DNA from: Bacteroidia bacterium
Lineage (GTDB): Bacteria > Bacteroidota > Bacteroidia > M30B66
Direction: 5' to 3'
NCBI GenBank assembly: GCA_965279035.1
Contig: OZ257142.1
Coordinates: forward strand, 3,360,001 to 3,424,000
DNA length: 64,000 nt
The notes under the pieces: generated by a model
Databases searched by the model: none
What the model saw: the letters and a program-made list of their open reading frames with translations, nothing else
Told to the model about the DNA's origin: nothing
Part shown: positions 29,712 through 38,712 of the stretch, piece after piece
Numbering within the stretch: position 1 is the stretch's first letter
Layout: each line of letters opens with the position of its first letter
Translations under genes and position numbers: made by a program

Positions 29712-31854
29712 TGCTCATCTCATTCACCAAATGACTGGCACCAGCAAATTTGTCGATAATGAATAGCGTGTACCGAATATCAGCTGTGATGTTGCGCACT
29801 TGGTTGATATCGTAATACACATCGCTCATGGTTCCTTCCCAATTGCGGTCGAAGTTAGTTCCGATAAGCTGTCCTTTTGCATTGAAAACCGGACTACCTG
29901 AATTGCCTCCTGTTGTGTGATTTGATGCTGCAAAGCAGGTGTGAAGTGTTCCATCTTTATCAGCATATGGTCCAAAATCTTTATTCTGAATCAGTTCTTT
30001 TAATCGTTCGGGAATGCTGTAATCGATCACACCCGAATTGCTTTTTTGTATAAGTCCATCGGCGGTCGTGAACCAAGTATAATTTACACCATCAGCAGGA
30101 GAATAGCCTTCGGTTTTCCCATAAGCAACACGTAAAGATTGATTCGCATCGGGATAATAACGCTTTTCAGGAATGACTTCGCGTTGCGCTTTTACATACA
30201 AGCGGTTCATGGGAATGAGATGCGCCATAACTGAATTGTAATTCTTCAGAACTACATTTCGGTAATGATCAAAATAAAACAAAGCCAGTTTGATTGCTAA
30301 ATCGTTTTTCAATTTTGAAATAGAAGCGGAATCAGGATTTTCGAGTAGTTTATTTACAGCTGTTTCATCATCTAAAAAACTCGAATCAAAAGCAATGCTT
30401 GTTACAACTTCAATTTCATTTTTACCTGATTGTGCAGATAATCCAGCAATAAAATCAGGTGAAACAGGATGAGCAGAATGAGCATAATAACTTGTCAACA
30501 TAGCCGTCATGATTTCACGATCGAGCATTGAATAATAATCTTTGAAAAATTCAGCAGCTCTTTTTTTCTGAGCACTTAAAATCTCTTTCCCTTTTTCAGA
30601 ATTCCAATCATTTGTATTGTTGAGCATATCTCGAAAACCATTCGCAAATCGAAGTAGTTCTATCGTTAAAACACCTTCGTTAAATAAATCCATTTCGGGT
30701 TGAATGTCTTTCAACGTAGCATACTCACGATTAAAGTCGGATTGAAGATTTTTATAGGAACTGAATTTTGGATCAGCATCTACCCTACTCTGAAATTTCG
30801 ATTCAAATTCTTTTTTCTTATCTATTGCGTGTGCACGTGTAAGTCCTTTTGCTTCGCCCGCCCATTTCTTGTGATAATTGCTTACACCAGAATATTTATC
30901 TGCATACTTGATAAAAACTCCCCGATCGGCCGACATGTATTTATTCATCACATCGAGACGTTGTCCGCGTAAATCCACTTTGAGAGGATTACTCAAATTC
31001 ACAATTTGATCTACTGCATTAGAAGTCAAATACTCATTGGTTCGAGCTGGAAAACCGTAGACCATTGTAAAATCGTTTTCCTTAATTCCACTGGTTGAAA
31101 TAGGAAAATGATAACGTGGTTGAAATGGTACATTCTCAGGAGAATAGTCGGCAGGTTTATTATCCTTGCCTGCATAAATTCGGAATAAACTAAAGTCGGC
31201 TGTATGACGCGGCCACACCCAGTTGTCGCTGTCTTTTCCGAAATTCCCAATGGATTGTGGTGGTGCACCTACCAAGCGCACATCACGAAAAACTTCAGTC
31301 ACAAAAAGCACATATTCGTTTCCGTTATACATGGGTTTAATGATGGCTTCGTAATGTGTATTGATAACGGCTTCTTTAACCAATTCCATCGAACGTTGTG
31401 TAATGATATTTTCACGTTCGCTTTCATCCGTTATTTTATCAAGTCCTTCAATCATACGTGCAGTCACATCTTCCATGCGAATGATAAACGTTACAGTTAA
31501 TCCTGGATTGGGTAATTCTTCTGCGTGATTCTTTGCCCAAAACCCATCTTTTAAATAATCATGATCTAAACTGGAGTGATCTTGAATTTGTCCAAAACCG
31601 CAGTGGTGATTGGTTAGCAACAAGCCTTCTTTACTAATAACTTCCCCAGTACAACCGCGTCCAAAAAGCACCACTCCATCTTTCATGCTCGATTTATTGA
31701 CACTATAAATATCCTCAGCAGAGATTTTCATCCCCATTTTCTTCATGTCCTTTTCATTGAGTTGCTTCAACAACATGGGGAGCCACATACCTTCGTCGGC
31801 AAGCAGTCGAACGGTGAAAAGTATAAAGGTCAATAGAAGAGATAGTACGCGCAT
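29701..31854 (-). CDS. S46 dipeptidyl peptidase (DPP11-like)
   Basis: ADEGMWLP, TNHHC, WPRHTADF, TGGNSGSPV, FDRNWE. Confidence 0.92.
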   Translation of the reverse strand: MRVLSLLLTFILFTVRLLADEGMWLPMLLKQLNEKDMKKMGMKISAEDIYSVNKSSMKDGVVLFGRGCTGEVISKEGLLLTNHHCGFGQIQDHSSLDHDYLKDGFWAKNHAEELPNPGLTVTFIIRMEDVTARMIEGLDKITDESERENIITQRSMELVKEAVINTHYEAIIKPMYNGNEYVLFVTEVFRDVRLVGAPPQSIGNFGKDSDNWVWPRHTADFSLFRIYAGKDNKPADYSPENVPFQPRYHFPISTSGIKENDFTMVYGFPARTNEYLTSNAVDQIVNLSNPLKVDLRGQRLDVMNKYMSADRGVFIKYADKYSGVSNYHKKWAGEAKGLTRAHAIDKKKEFESKFQSRVDADPKFSSYKNLQSDFNREYATLKDIQPEMDLFNEGVLTIELLRFANGFRDMLNNTNDWNSEKGKEILSAQKKRAAEFFKDYYSMLDREIMTAMLTSYYAHSAHPVSPDFIAGLSAQSGKNEIEVVTSIAFDSSFLDDETAVNKLLENPDSASISKLKNDLAIKLALFYFDHYRNVVLKNYNSVMAHLIPMNRLYVKAQREVIPEKRYYPDANQSLRVAYGKTEGYSPADGVNYTWFTTADGLIQKSNSGVIDYSIPERLKELIQNKDFGPYADKDGTLHTCFAASNHTTGGNSGSPVFNAKGQLIGTNFDRNWEGTMSDVYYDINQVRNITADIRYTLFIIDKFAGASHLVNEMSIIH

Positions 31855-32045
31855 AGTGATGGAATTTCAGGCCGAAAATGGCGAAAAATATTGGAATTAG
31901 CAGGATTGAGTATTAAGGTTAACCGTGATAATTCATTAAACCATCATTTTGAAAGATTGAATGATTCATTAATTATTAATAAAATAGAATCATAAATCAG
32001 TATATTTAATTCATACTAGAATATCATTATTAAATTCAATTTATT

Positions 32046-32507
32046 ATGGCTAATACCTATTCCAAACTACTGGTCCACCTCATTTTTGTAGTTAAATACC
32101 GACAAAGTTTAATTGCTAAAGATTGGAAAGATGAATTGTGCAAATACGCTACAGGAATCATAACTAATAAGCATCATAAATTAATTGCTATTAATTGCAT
32201 GCCTGATCATATGCATCTTTTACTAGTTTATAATCCCGAAACCCGTTTGCCTGATATTGCTCGCGATCTTAAATCAAATACTTCGAGATTCATAAATGAA
32301 ACTAAAAAGTGTAGAACTAGGTTCGAATGGCAAAGTGGTTATGCTGCATTTAGTGTTGGTCATTCGCAATTATCGATGGTTGCTAGGTATATCGAAAATC
32401 AGGAGCTTCATCATAAAAAGAAAGCTTTTCGAAAAGAGTATCGAGAACTTCTTACTAAAAATGAAATTGAATTTGAGGAGCGGTATCTTTTTGTGGAACC
32501 TGCTTAA
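32046..32507 (+). CDS. tnpA: IS200/IS605-family Y1 HUH transposase (possibly REP-associated)
   Basis: HLIFVVKYR, PDHMHLL (HUH), WQSGY, YIENQ; no tnpB adjacent. Confidence 0.9.
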   Translation: MANTYSKLLVHLIFVVKYRQSLIAKDWKDELCKYATGIITNKHHKLIAINCMPDHMHLLLVYNPETRLPDIARDLKSNTSRFINETKKCRTRFEWQSGYAAFSVGHSQLSMVARYIENQELHHKKKAFRKEYRELLTKNEIEFEERYLFVEPA

Positions 32508-32546
32508 AAGTTTATTCAAAACTGAATTAGGAAAGGGTGATTGGGG

Positions 32547-32674
32547 CGGAGGTGCTGGGAGTGGCTTGGGTGACAGATATGACGCCCCGATGGGGCTGGT
32601 GGAGGGGCGTTGATTGAATCGGAGGTGCTGGGAGGGAGTTGGGTGACAGATGCCGCCCCGATGGGGCTGGTGGA
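32547..32674 (+). repeat. Two ~56-bp direct repeats each ending in a GCCCCGATGGGGC hairpin (REP-like)
   Basis: Units 32547-32603 and 32620-32674; hairpins 32584-32596 and 32655-32667. Confidence 0.85.
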
Positions 32675-32737
32675 AAAATAGAGAATACGTGAACCTCTTT
32701 TTTGGCGTTGCATAAGAGCGAACGAAACCCTTTCCTT

Positions 32738-33688
32738 ATGTCGATCCAAATTCAAGTACCTCAGCCTTGCCATGCTTCTTGGGATAAAATGTCTCCGCAG
32801 CCAGATGGCCGTCATTGCAAATCATGCGATAAAGTAGTTGTTGATTTTAGTCGGATGAATGATGAAGAAATCAAAGATTGGTTTCGTAAAAAAGAAGGAG
32901 AAAAGGTGTGTGGCCACTTTCGGGTAGATCAGGTAAAACGTTTGCAGATTGTAGTAAAACCAAAAGAATTTAAGCAGTTAGGATGGTCGCCAGTACAAAT
33001 GTTTCGGGTGGCCATTTTTTTGGTGTTTTTCTCAAGTTTATTTAGTTGCAGTCCGAACCCAGAAAATGGAGGTGCTATGACCGAAATTGTAATTGATGAA
33101 CAAAAAAATCATGCTGATGGAGTAAGTGGATTGATGTTAAGTCCTCCCTTAGAAATTGATACACCAATCACTCAAACTATCACTATTGAAACTATTACAG
33201 GAGATAGTATTTATCCAATTGACACGAGTCGCTACATCCCAATGGTGAATGGTGGTTTAACTGTTCCAACTGTTGAATCATGTGTTAAAGGCGAAGTGCG
33301 AAAAGTACCTGATGTAATTGAAAAGGACACTATTACCGAAAATTCATATATAAAAGGGAAAGTAATGCCTCCTTCTATGCTTAAACGCGAAGCTGAATTT
33401 CCTGGTGGAGCAAATGCCTTACAAAGATGGATTCTTCAAAATGCCCATTATCCCGAAGTGAATCGTGCACGAATGTTTCAGGGTGAAGTTGTTACCCTAG
33501 TAAGCATTTCGGACAAAGGAAAAGCGAGAATAATAAATTATCGTTCACCTGAAAATGTACCTGATTGTTTTCAGCGAGAAGTGGAACGTCTTTTAATTGA
33601 TATGCCTACATGGCAAGCTGCGATACTAAACGGAAAAAATGTAAATTCGGAAGTAGAAATTACCTTCCCATTTTCATTGGGAGATTAG
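32738..33688 (+). CDS. Cys-rich N-domain protein with TonB C-terminal-like domain
   Basis: PQPC..W..M...GRHCKSC...VVDFS.M...VCGHF; TM segment; EAEFPGG...QGEV...MPTWQAA..NGKNV; ATG 32738 preferred. Confidence 0.75.
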   Translation: MSIQIQVPQPCHASWDKMSPQPDGRHCKSCDKVVVDFSRMNDEEIKDWFRKKEGEKVCGHFRVDQVKRLQIVVKPKEFKQLGWSPVQMFRVAIFLVFFSSLFSCSPNPENGGAMTEIVIDEQKNHADGVSGLMLSPPLEIDTPITQTITIETITGDSIYPIDTSRYIPMVNGGLTVPTVESCVKGEVRKVPDVIEKDTITENSYIKGKVMPPSMLKREAEFPGGANALQRWILQNAHYPEVNRARMFQGEVVTLVSISDKGKARIINYRSPENVPDCFQREVERLLIDMPTWQAAILNGKNVNSEVEITFPFSLGD

Positions 33689-33700
33689 AATTTCTGTACT

Positions 33701-34267
33701 ATGAAAACGGCAGCAAAAATTAAAGTTCCTCAACCTTGTTCACAGAATTGGAATAAGATGCCTATCCAAGATCAAGGGCGTTTTTGTAAACATTGTTCTC
33801 ATGTAGTAACCGATTTTACTCGTATGAGCGATGAGGAAGTTGTTCGATTTTTAGTTCAACACAAGAACGAAAAAGTATGCGGACATTTTCGGAACGATCA
33901 GTTGAGTCGCCTAAAAATTACTGTTACACCAGCTCAGTTGCAATCGGTAAACTGGACAGTTCTTCAACAAGTTCGAATTGCTATTTTTCTCGTTTTTGCT
34001 AGTACCTTATTTAGTTGTACGCCGACAGATTCGAAACAACAGGCGCCTGAAATTGTGATTGAGAAATCCGATTCAATTGATTTAAAATCAAGCGATAATT
34101 CGATTCCGCATTCAGTTCAATTGCAGGATACACTTCGTAACAAAAATAAAAAACGTTCAGTCAAAATTCAGGATAATGAAATAGAAGTGATTAGTGGAGA
34201 ACCTGAAATTTATGAAGTTACTTCTGGTGCACCCATGTTAGAAGTTGAGGTGGATACAATCAACTAA
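33701..34267 (+). CDS. Paralogous Cys-rich N-domain membrane protein
   Basis: PQPCSQNWNKM...GRFCKHC...VTDFTRM...VCGHF; TM segment ending LFSC. Confidence 0.75.
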   Translation: MKTAAKIKVPQPCSQNWNKMPIQDQGRFCKHCSHVVTDFTRMSDEEVVRFLVQHKNEKVCGHFRNDQLSRLKITVTPAQLQSVNWTVLQQVRIAIFLVFASTLFSCTPTDSKQQAPEIVIEKSDSIDLKSSDNSIPHSVQLQDTLRNKNKKRSVKIQDNEIEVISGEPEIYEVTSGAPMLEVEVDTIN

Positions 34268-34291
34268 TCGAAATTTCTCAATTATTACCGA

Positions 34292-34384
34292 GCAGCAGGG
34301 ACAGCAGCGATTACCCCGCAGAGTATGCCTTCGCCGAAGGCTAGGGCATAATTGAGGAGTAAAAGCGAATGGCCCGGCCGCTGC
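34292..34384 (+). ncRNA. GC-rich long intergenic stem-loop, possibly Flavo-1-like repeat/RNA
   Basis: GCAGC...GCTGC outer stem, AGGGAC...GGCCCG, inner TATGCC...GGCATA stem. Confidence 0.4.
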
Positions 34385-34418
34385 ACTAGTGAATTTGAAA
34401 TAGAAAAATTTAAAAAAT

Positions 34419-34451
34419 AAAAAAACCGGATGCAGCATTGCCGATCCGGTT
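34419..34451 (-). terminator. Intrinsic terminator after glutathione peroxidase
   Basis: A-run plus AACCGGAT / ATCCGGTT stem. Confidence 0.7.
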
Positions 34452-34468
34452 CATTTGGATTGGGTAAT

Positions 34469-35041
34469 TTATAAAGCAGAAGTAATGTCTTCGCTCATTG
34501 GTTTCACTGCTGAAGTATAAAACTTAAGCAACTTGCCATTTTCATCAATTAAATATTTGCAGAAATTCCAATTTGGAGCATCGTTGTTCCAACCATTGAG
34601 GTCTTTGGAACTTAACCATTTGTATATGGGAGCCATGTCAGCTCCTTTCACCGAAATTTTCTCCATCATTTGAAACGTAACACCGTAATTCTTTTGGCAA
34701 AAGCCCTGAATCTCGGTATTGGTTCCAGGTTCTTGTCCGCCGAAATTATTTGCAGGAAATCCTATGATACGCACTTTATCGCCATATTTTTCGTGAAGCT
34801 CTTGCAAGCCTGCATATTGAGGAGTATAGCCGCATTCGGAAGCTGTGTTTACAATGAGCACCTTTTTGCCTTTGAAAGTGCTAAAGTCGATTTCTTTCCC
34901 ATCGATGGCTTTTAACTTAAAATCGTAAAAGCTAGTAGCTGTTTTGGCTTCGGTTGTTTCCATAGTTTGAGGACGAGATTCTACACGGGCGCAGGAAGAA
35001 AACAAACTTCCAGCAATTAAAAGATAAAAAAGGTGTTTCAT
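34469..35041 (-). CDS. Glutathione peroxidase family lipoprotein (Cys type)
   Basis: Lipobox FSSC; VNTASECG, GFPANNFGGQEPG, WNFCKYLID. Confidence 0.93.
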   Translation of the reverse strand: MKHLFYLLIAGSLFSSCARVESRPQTMETTEAKTATSFYDFKLKAIDGKEIDFSTFKGKKVLIVNTASECGYTPQYAGLQELHEKYGDKVRIIGFPANNFGGQEPGTNTEIQGFCQKNYGVTFQMMEKISVKGADMAPIYKWLSSKDLNGWNNDAPNWNFCKYLIDENGKLLKFYTSAVKPMSEDITSAL

Positions 35042-35102
35042 GTTTTTTGAAATTCAACGTTAAAACATTTCCAATAGGACATTGTTCGTCAAATCGAAAA
35101 AA

Positions 35103-35516
35103 TTAAAAATTACTTCCTTGATAGGCATTCACTTTTGCACGCCATAAATCGGGAACAGCCATGCTCCGGTTTTCTTTGTAATGAAAACAAACAATGGCAC
35201 TTGTTCCTGTAGCTTTTAAAATAGGACCAGCATCACCATCGACTATAAAACGATAAGAAAACGTAATGCTCTTATTTCCAATGGCAGTGATTTCGGTTTC
35301 GATACGTAGCACATCATTGAAATAAATAGGAATGCGAAAATCCATGGTGTAGTTAGCTACAATCACTCCGGATTCGTTCCAGTTATGATTGGCACTGATT
35401 ACATCGTTGAAATAATGAACACGCCCCAATTCCATGTAGGTAGGAAATTTTGCGTTGTTGATGTGATTGAGCACATCGATATCGGAAAAGCGAATTTGAA
35501 TGGGCGTACTATGCAT
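35103..35516 (-). CDS. Acyl-CoA thioesterase (4HBT hotdog fold)
   Basis: IRFSDIDVLNHINNAKFPTYME.GR. Confidence 0.88.
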   Translation of the reverse strand: MHSTPIQIRFSDIDVLNHINNAKFPTYMELGRVHYFNDVISANHNWNESGVIVANYTMDFRIPIYFNDVLRIETEITAIGNKSITFSYRFIVDGDAGPILKATGTSAIVCFHYKENRSMAVPDLWRAKVNAYQGSNF

Positions 35517-37389
35517 GTTTTATAGGGTGATCGAGTTTCTCAAAAACAGAATTATTGCTTTTGTATTCAGGCACCATCGCCTTCATGAGAGAAACTATTT
35601 CAGCATTGTTTTGAGTTGAGAATAAATCAACCAATTCATCCACTTGCGCTTTCACTAAGGTATAATCAAATTCCTGAATCTTAGCACGCATAATTTGTGG
35701 ATGATGCGTTGGAAGTGTATTTTCTTGATCGTTTAGTAATTCTTCATACAACTTCTCCCCTGGTCGCAAACCTGTATAAACAATCTCAATATCTTTCCCT
35801 TCGGTAAGACCGTATAGTTTCAACATTTTCCTTACTAAATCGACAATCTTCACCGATTTACCCATATCGAAAATAAAAATCTCTCCACCCTGCCCGATTG
35901 TTCCAGCTTCTAGAACCAATTGACAAGCTTCTGGAATGGTCATGAAAAATCGTGTGATGTCGGGATCAGTAACGGTGATAGGACCACCACGTTCTATTTG
36001 ATTTTTGAAAATAGGAATGACCGAACCATTTGAGCCTAGCACATTTCCGAAGCGTGTAGTTACAAAACGTGTTTTACATACTTGTCCGAGCGATTGTACA
36101 TACATTTCTGCAATCCGCTTAGATGCACCCATTACATTGGTTGGATTAACGGCTTTATCGGTAGAAACCATCACGAATTTTTTCACTTCGAACTCAGCTG
36201 CTAAATCTGCCAAAATTCGTGTACCCATCACGTTTGTTAGAATGGCTTCTGAAGGATTGCTTTCCATGAGGGGCACATGTTTATAAGCAGCTGCATGATA
36301 AACCACATCGGGTCGAAAATGTTCAAAAACACGACGCATACGTTCTTCGCTACGAATGTCACCAATCACTACTTCAAATCCACGAACATTTAGTTCATCC
36401 AATAAAATCCGTTCAAGCTCATATAAAGGACTTTCGGCTTGATCTAAAAGAATGAGTTTTCCCGGCTTGAATGGAAGAATCTGTTTTACGATTTCACTTC
36501 CTATGGATCCAGCAGCACCACTCACAAGAACCGTTTTACCAGCTAAATCATCCCGAATTTTTTGTGAATCGAGACGGATTGGATCACGTTCAAGTAAATC
36601 GTTGATATTGATTTTCTTAATCTGCTTGAAACTCAACTCTCCATTTATCCAACTTTTTACCGGTGGCACATTAAACACTTTGGTATTATTCGATAAACAA
36701 AGTTCAATTACTTCCTGTTTCCGTGCAGGTGGCAGATTTTCAATAGCAATGATTAGTAGTTTAATATCGTATTGTTCTAATAAATCTTTTAAGTCAGCTG
36801 AAGATCGAATACTAATTCCCTGAACTTTTTTTCCAATTTTTTGGGGATTGTCATCGATGTAGGATATGACTTTGTATTTCGCGCCGGCATCGCGCTCTAT
36901 TGCTCGCTTAGAGGTAAGTCCAGTATCACCAGCACCATAAATTAAAACTCGAGTTTTCTCTCTTCGATCTTTGCTGAACTCATAAAAAACTGACTTCATC
37001 AAAATCCTCGAAATTACCATCAGAAAAAATGTAAGAATGGCGTCGATGATGATAATTGAGAATGGAATCAAGTATTGTTGATGAACCCAATACATGATTG
37101 GATTCATTAAAAGAAAAAAAGTTGTGCCTAGCGATATTGAAATAAAAATCCGCTCAACATCTTTCGTATTGGTAAAACGAATGAGTCCACGATGCGTTTG
37201 AAATATGAGAGAAGAAATTGCTCTAACGACAATTACAACTGTGAAGATTAAAGGCATAGTGGCCTTTTCATCATCGGGAATATGAAAATTGAAGCGCAAT
37301 AAAAAAGCAGCCCATATAGAAATAAAGCAAGTAATGAGATCACCTAAAAAGATAATCCATACTGGTGCATTATGTCGGTTTAACGCCAT
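35509..37389 (-). CDS. CapD/PglF-type nucleoside-diphosphate sugar 4,6-dehydratase
   Basis: N-terminal TMs, IYGAG, GAAGSIGSE, HAAAYKHVP, STDKAVNPTNVMGASK, RFGNVLGSNGS; ATG 37389 preferred. Confidence 0.93.
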   Translation of the reverse strand: MALNRHNAPVWIIFLGDLITCFISIWAAFLLRFNFHIPDDEKATMPLIFTVVIVVRAISSLIFQTHRGLIRFTNTKDVERIFISISLGTTFFLLMNPIMYWVHQQYLIPFSIIIIDAILTFFLMVISRILMKSVFYEFSKDRREKTRVLIYGAGDTGLTSKRAIERDAGAKYKVISYIDDNPQKIGKKVQGISIRSSADLKDLLEQYDIKLLIIAIENLPPARKQEVIELCLSNNTKVFNVPPVKSWINGELSFKQIKKININDLLERDPIRLDSQKIRDDLAGKTVLVSGAAGSIGSEIVKQILPFKPGKLILLDQAESPLYELERILLDELNVRGFEVVIGDIRSEERMRRVFEHFRPDVVYHAAAYKHVPLMESNPSEAILTNVMGTRILADLAAEFEVKKFVMVSTDKAVNPTNVMGASKRIAEMYVQSLGQVCKTRFVTTRFGNVLGSNGSVIPIFKNQIERGGPITVTDPDITRFFMTIPEACQLVLEAGTIGQGGEIFIFDMGKSVKIVDLVRKMLKLYGLTEGKDIEIVYTGLRPGEKLYEELLNDQENTLPTHHPQIMRAKIQEFDYTLVKAQVDELVDLFSTQNNAEIVSLMKAMVPEYKSNNSVFEKLDHPIKHA

Positions 37390-37451
37390 GTGCCAAATAT
37401 AACCAAATCTGCTGCCTTTTAGAAATTGGCAAGTTGTCAGTATTACGATGT

Positions 37452-37580
37452 GCGATATACGACATAAGATTTTCGATATAAATGGAGGACAGGCATTAGT
37501 TTTCATTTGAATTAATGAAACGGAATTCACCAACCTAGCAGTTTTTTCGTATATCGTAAAGCGATGCGATCGTATATCGT
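37452..37580. promoter_or_regulatory. Divergent operator-like repeats TCGTATATCG
   Basis: Direct copies 37547-37557 and 37570-37580; inverted copies 37452-37462 and partial 37473-37480. Confidence 0.5.
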
Positions 37581-37635
37581 TTAAAAATTCAAAGTTTCGT
37601 GATTTTAATTAGGTTTGCATTCCTTCAACCAGCTG

Positions 37636-38712
37636 ATGCGCGTATTATTCATTGTACCTTATCCAATAGGCAAAGCAGCCAGTCAGCGCTTTCGTTTTGA
37701 ACAGTATTTTTCTGCGCTTGATGAAAATAAAATTCAATACGAACTCAAGCCTTTTTTGACTGAAAAAATTTGGGATATTCTCTATTTGCCCGGTCGTTTC
37801 CCTCAAAAAGCACTTGCTATTTTTGGAGGACTTTTCAGGCGTTTCTTTTTATTATTTCAATTAGGAAAATACGATGTACTCTTTATTCATCGGGAAGCAA
37901 CGCCCATTGGACCTCCATTTTTCGAGTATTTCGCATCGCGTTGGTTGAAGAAAAAAATAATTTATGATTTTGATGATGCCATTTGGATTCCTAATTATTC
38001 GGAGGCAAATAGTGGCTTTTCCTTTTTGAAAGGCTATTCCAATGTAAAACATATTTGCAAATGGGCTTGGAAAATATCCTGTGGAAATCCTTATTTATGC
38101 GATTACGCTCGACAGTTTAATACACATGCTGAAATTGTTTTCAACCCAACTACAATCGACACAGTTCATTTACATAATCAGGTAAAAAATCAGGATTCTG
38201 GACGAATGGTCATTGGGTGGACTGGTTCACATTCTACTATTCGTTACTTACATGATCTCATACCAGTACTTCAAAAACTCGAAAAAGAAATTGATTTTGA
38301 TTTTGTGGTGATTTCTGATTTACCGCTCGAAGTGGAATTGAAATCACTCGTTTTCAGAAAGTGGAAAAAAGAAACTGAGATTGAAGATTTGATGGAATTC
38401 AATATTGGTGTGATGCCTTTGATGGATGATAAATGGGCTAAAGGAAAATGTGGTTTCAAAGCTCTGCAATACATGGCTTTAGGAATTCCAGCCTTGGTTT
38501 CTCCCGTGGGAGTGAATACCGATATTGTAGATGATGGAATAAATGGATACATCTGTTCAACACCCGAGAATTGGGAAAAAGCTTTGCGATTATTGCTAAG
38601 CGACCGAACTCTATTGAAACAGATTTCAATCAATACACGATCGAAAATCGAAAAAGCCTATTCGGTGAAATCCAATACGAATAACTTCCTTTCTTTACTC
38701 GGATACTCATGA
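37636..38712 (+). CDS. GT4 (GT-B) glycosyltransferase
   Basis: ASQRFRFEQY, YDFDDAIW, IGWTGS, GKCGFKALQYMALGIP. Confidence 0.9.
   Translation: MRVLFIVPYPIGKAASQRFRFEQYFSALDENKIQYELKPFLTEKIWDILYLPGRFPQKALAIFGGLFRRFFLLFQLGKYDVLFIHREATPIGPPFFEYFASRWLKKKIIYDFDDAIWIPNYSEANSGFSFLKGYSNVKHICKWAWKISCGNPYLCDYARQFNTHAEIVFNPTTIDTVHLHNQVKNQDSGRMVIGWTGSHSTIRYLHDLIPVLQKLEKEIDFDFVVISDLPLEVELKSLVFRKWKKETEIEDLMEFNIGVMPLMDDKWAKGKCGFKALQYMALGIPALVSPVGVNTDIVDDGINGYICSTPENWEKALRLLLSDRTLLKQISINTRSKIEKAYSVKSNTNNFLSLLGYS

Noticed and set aside
32547-32674. Mini-CRISPR
   Set aside because: Two ~56-bp units with a 16-bp gap next to tnpA fit REP-like repeats better.
32296-32815. ORFs 32296-32613 (+) and 32516-32815 (-), or a tnpB remnant
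   Set aside because: They run through tnpA and the G-rich repeats; no RuvC or Zn-finger motifs.
34469-35041. Selenocysteine glutathione peroxidase
   Set aside because: The active-site codon is TGC (Cys) and there is no in-frame TGA.
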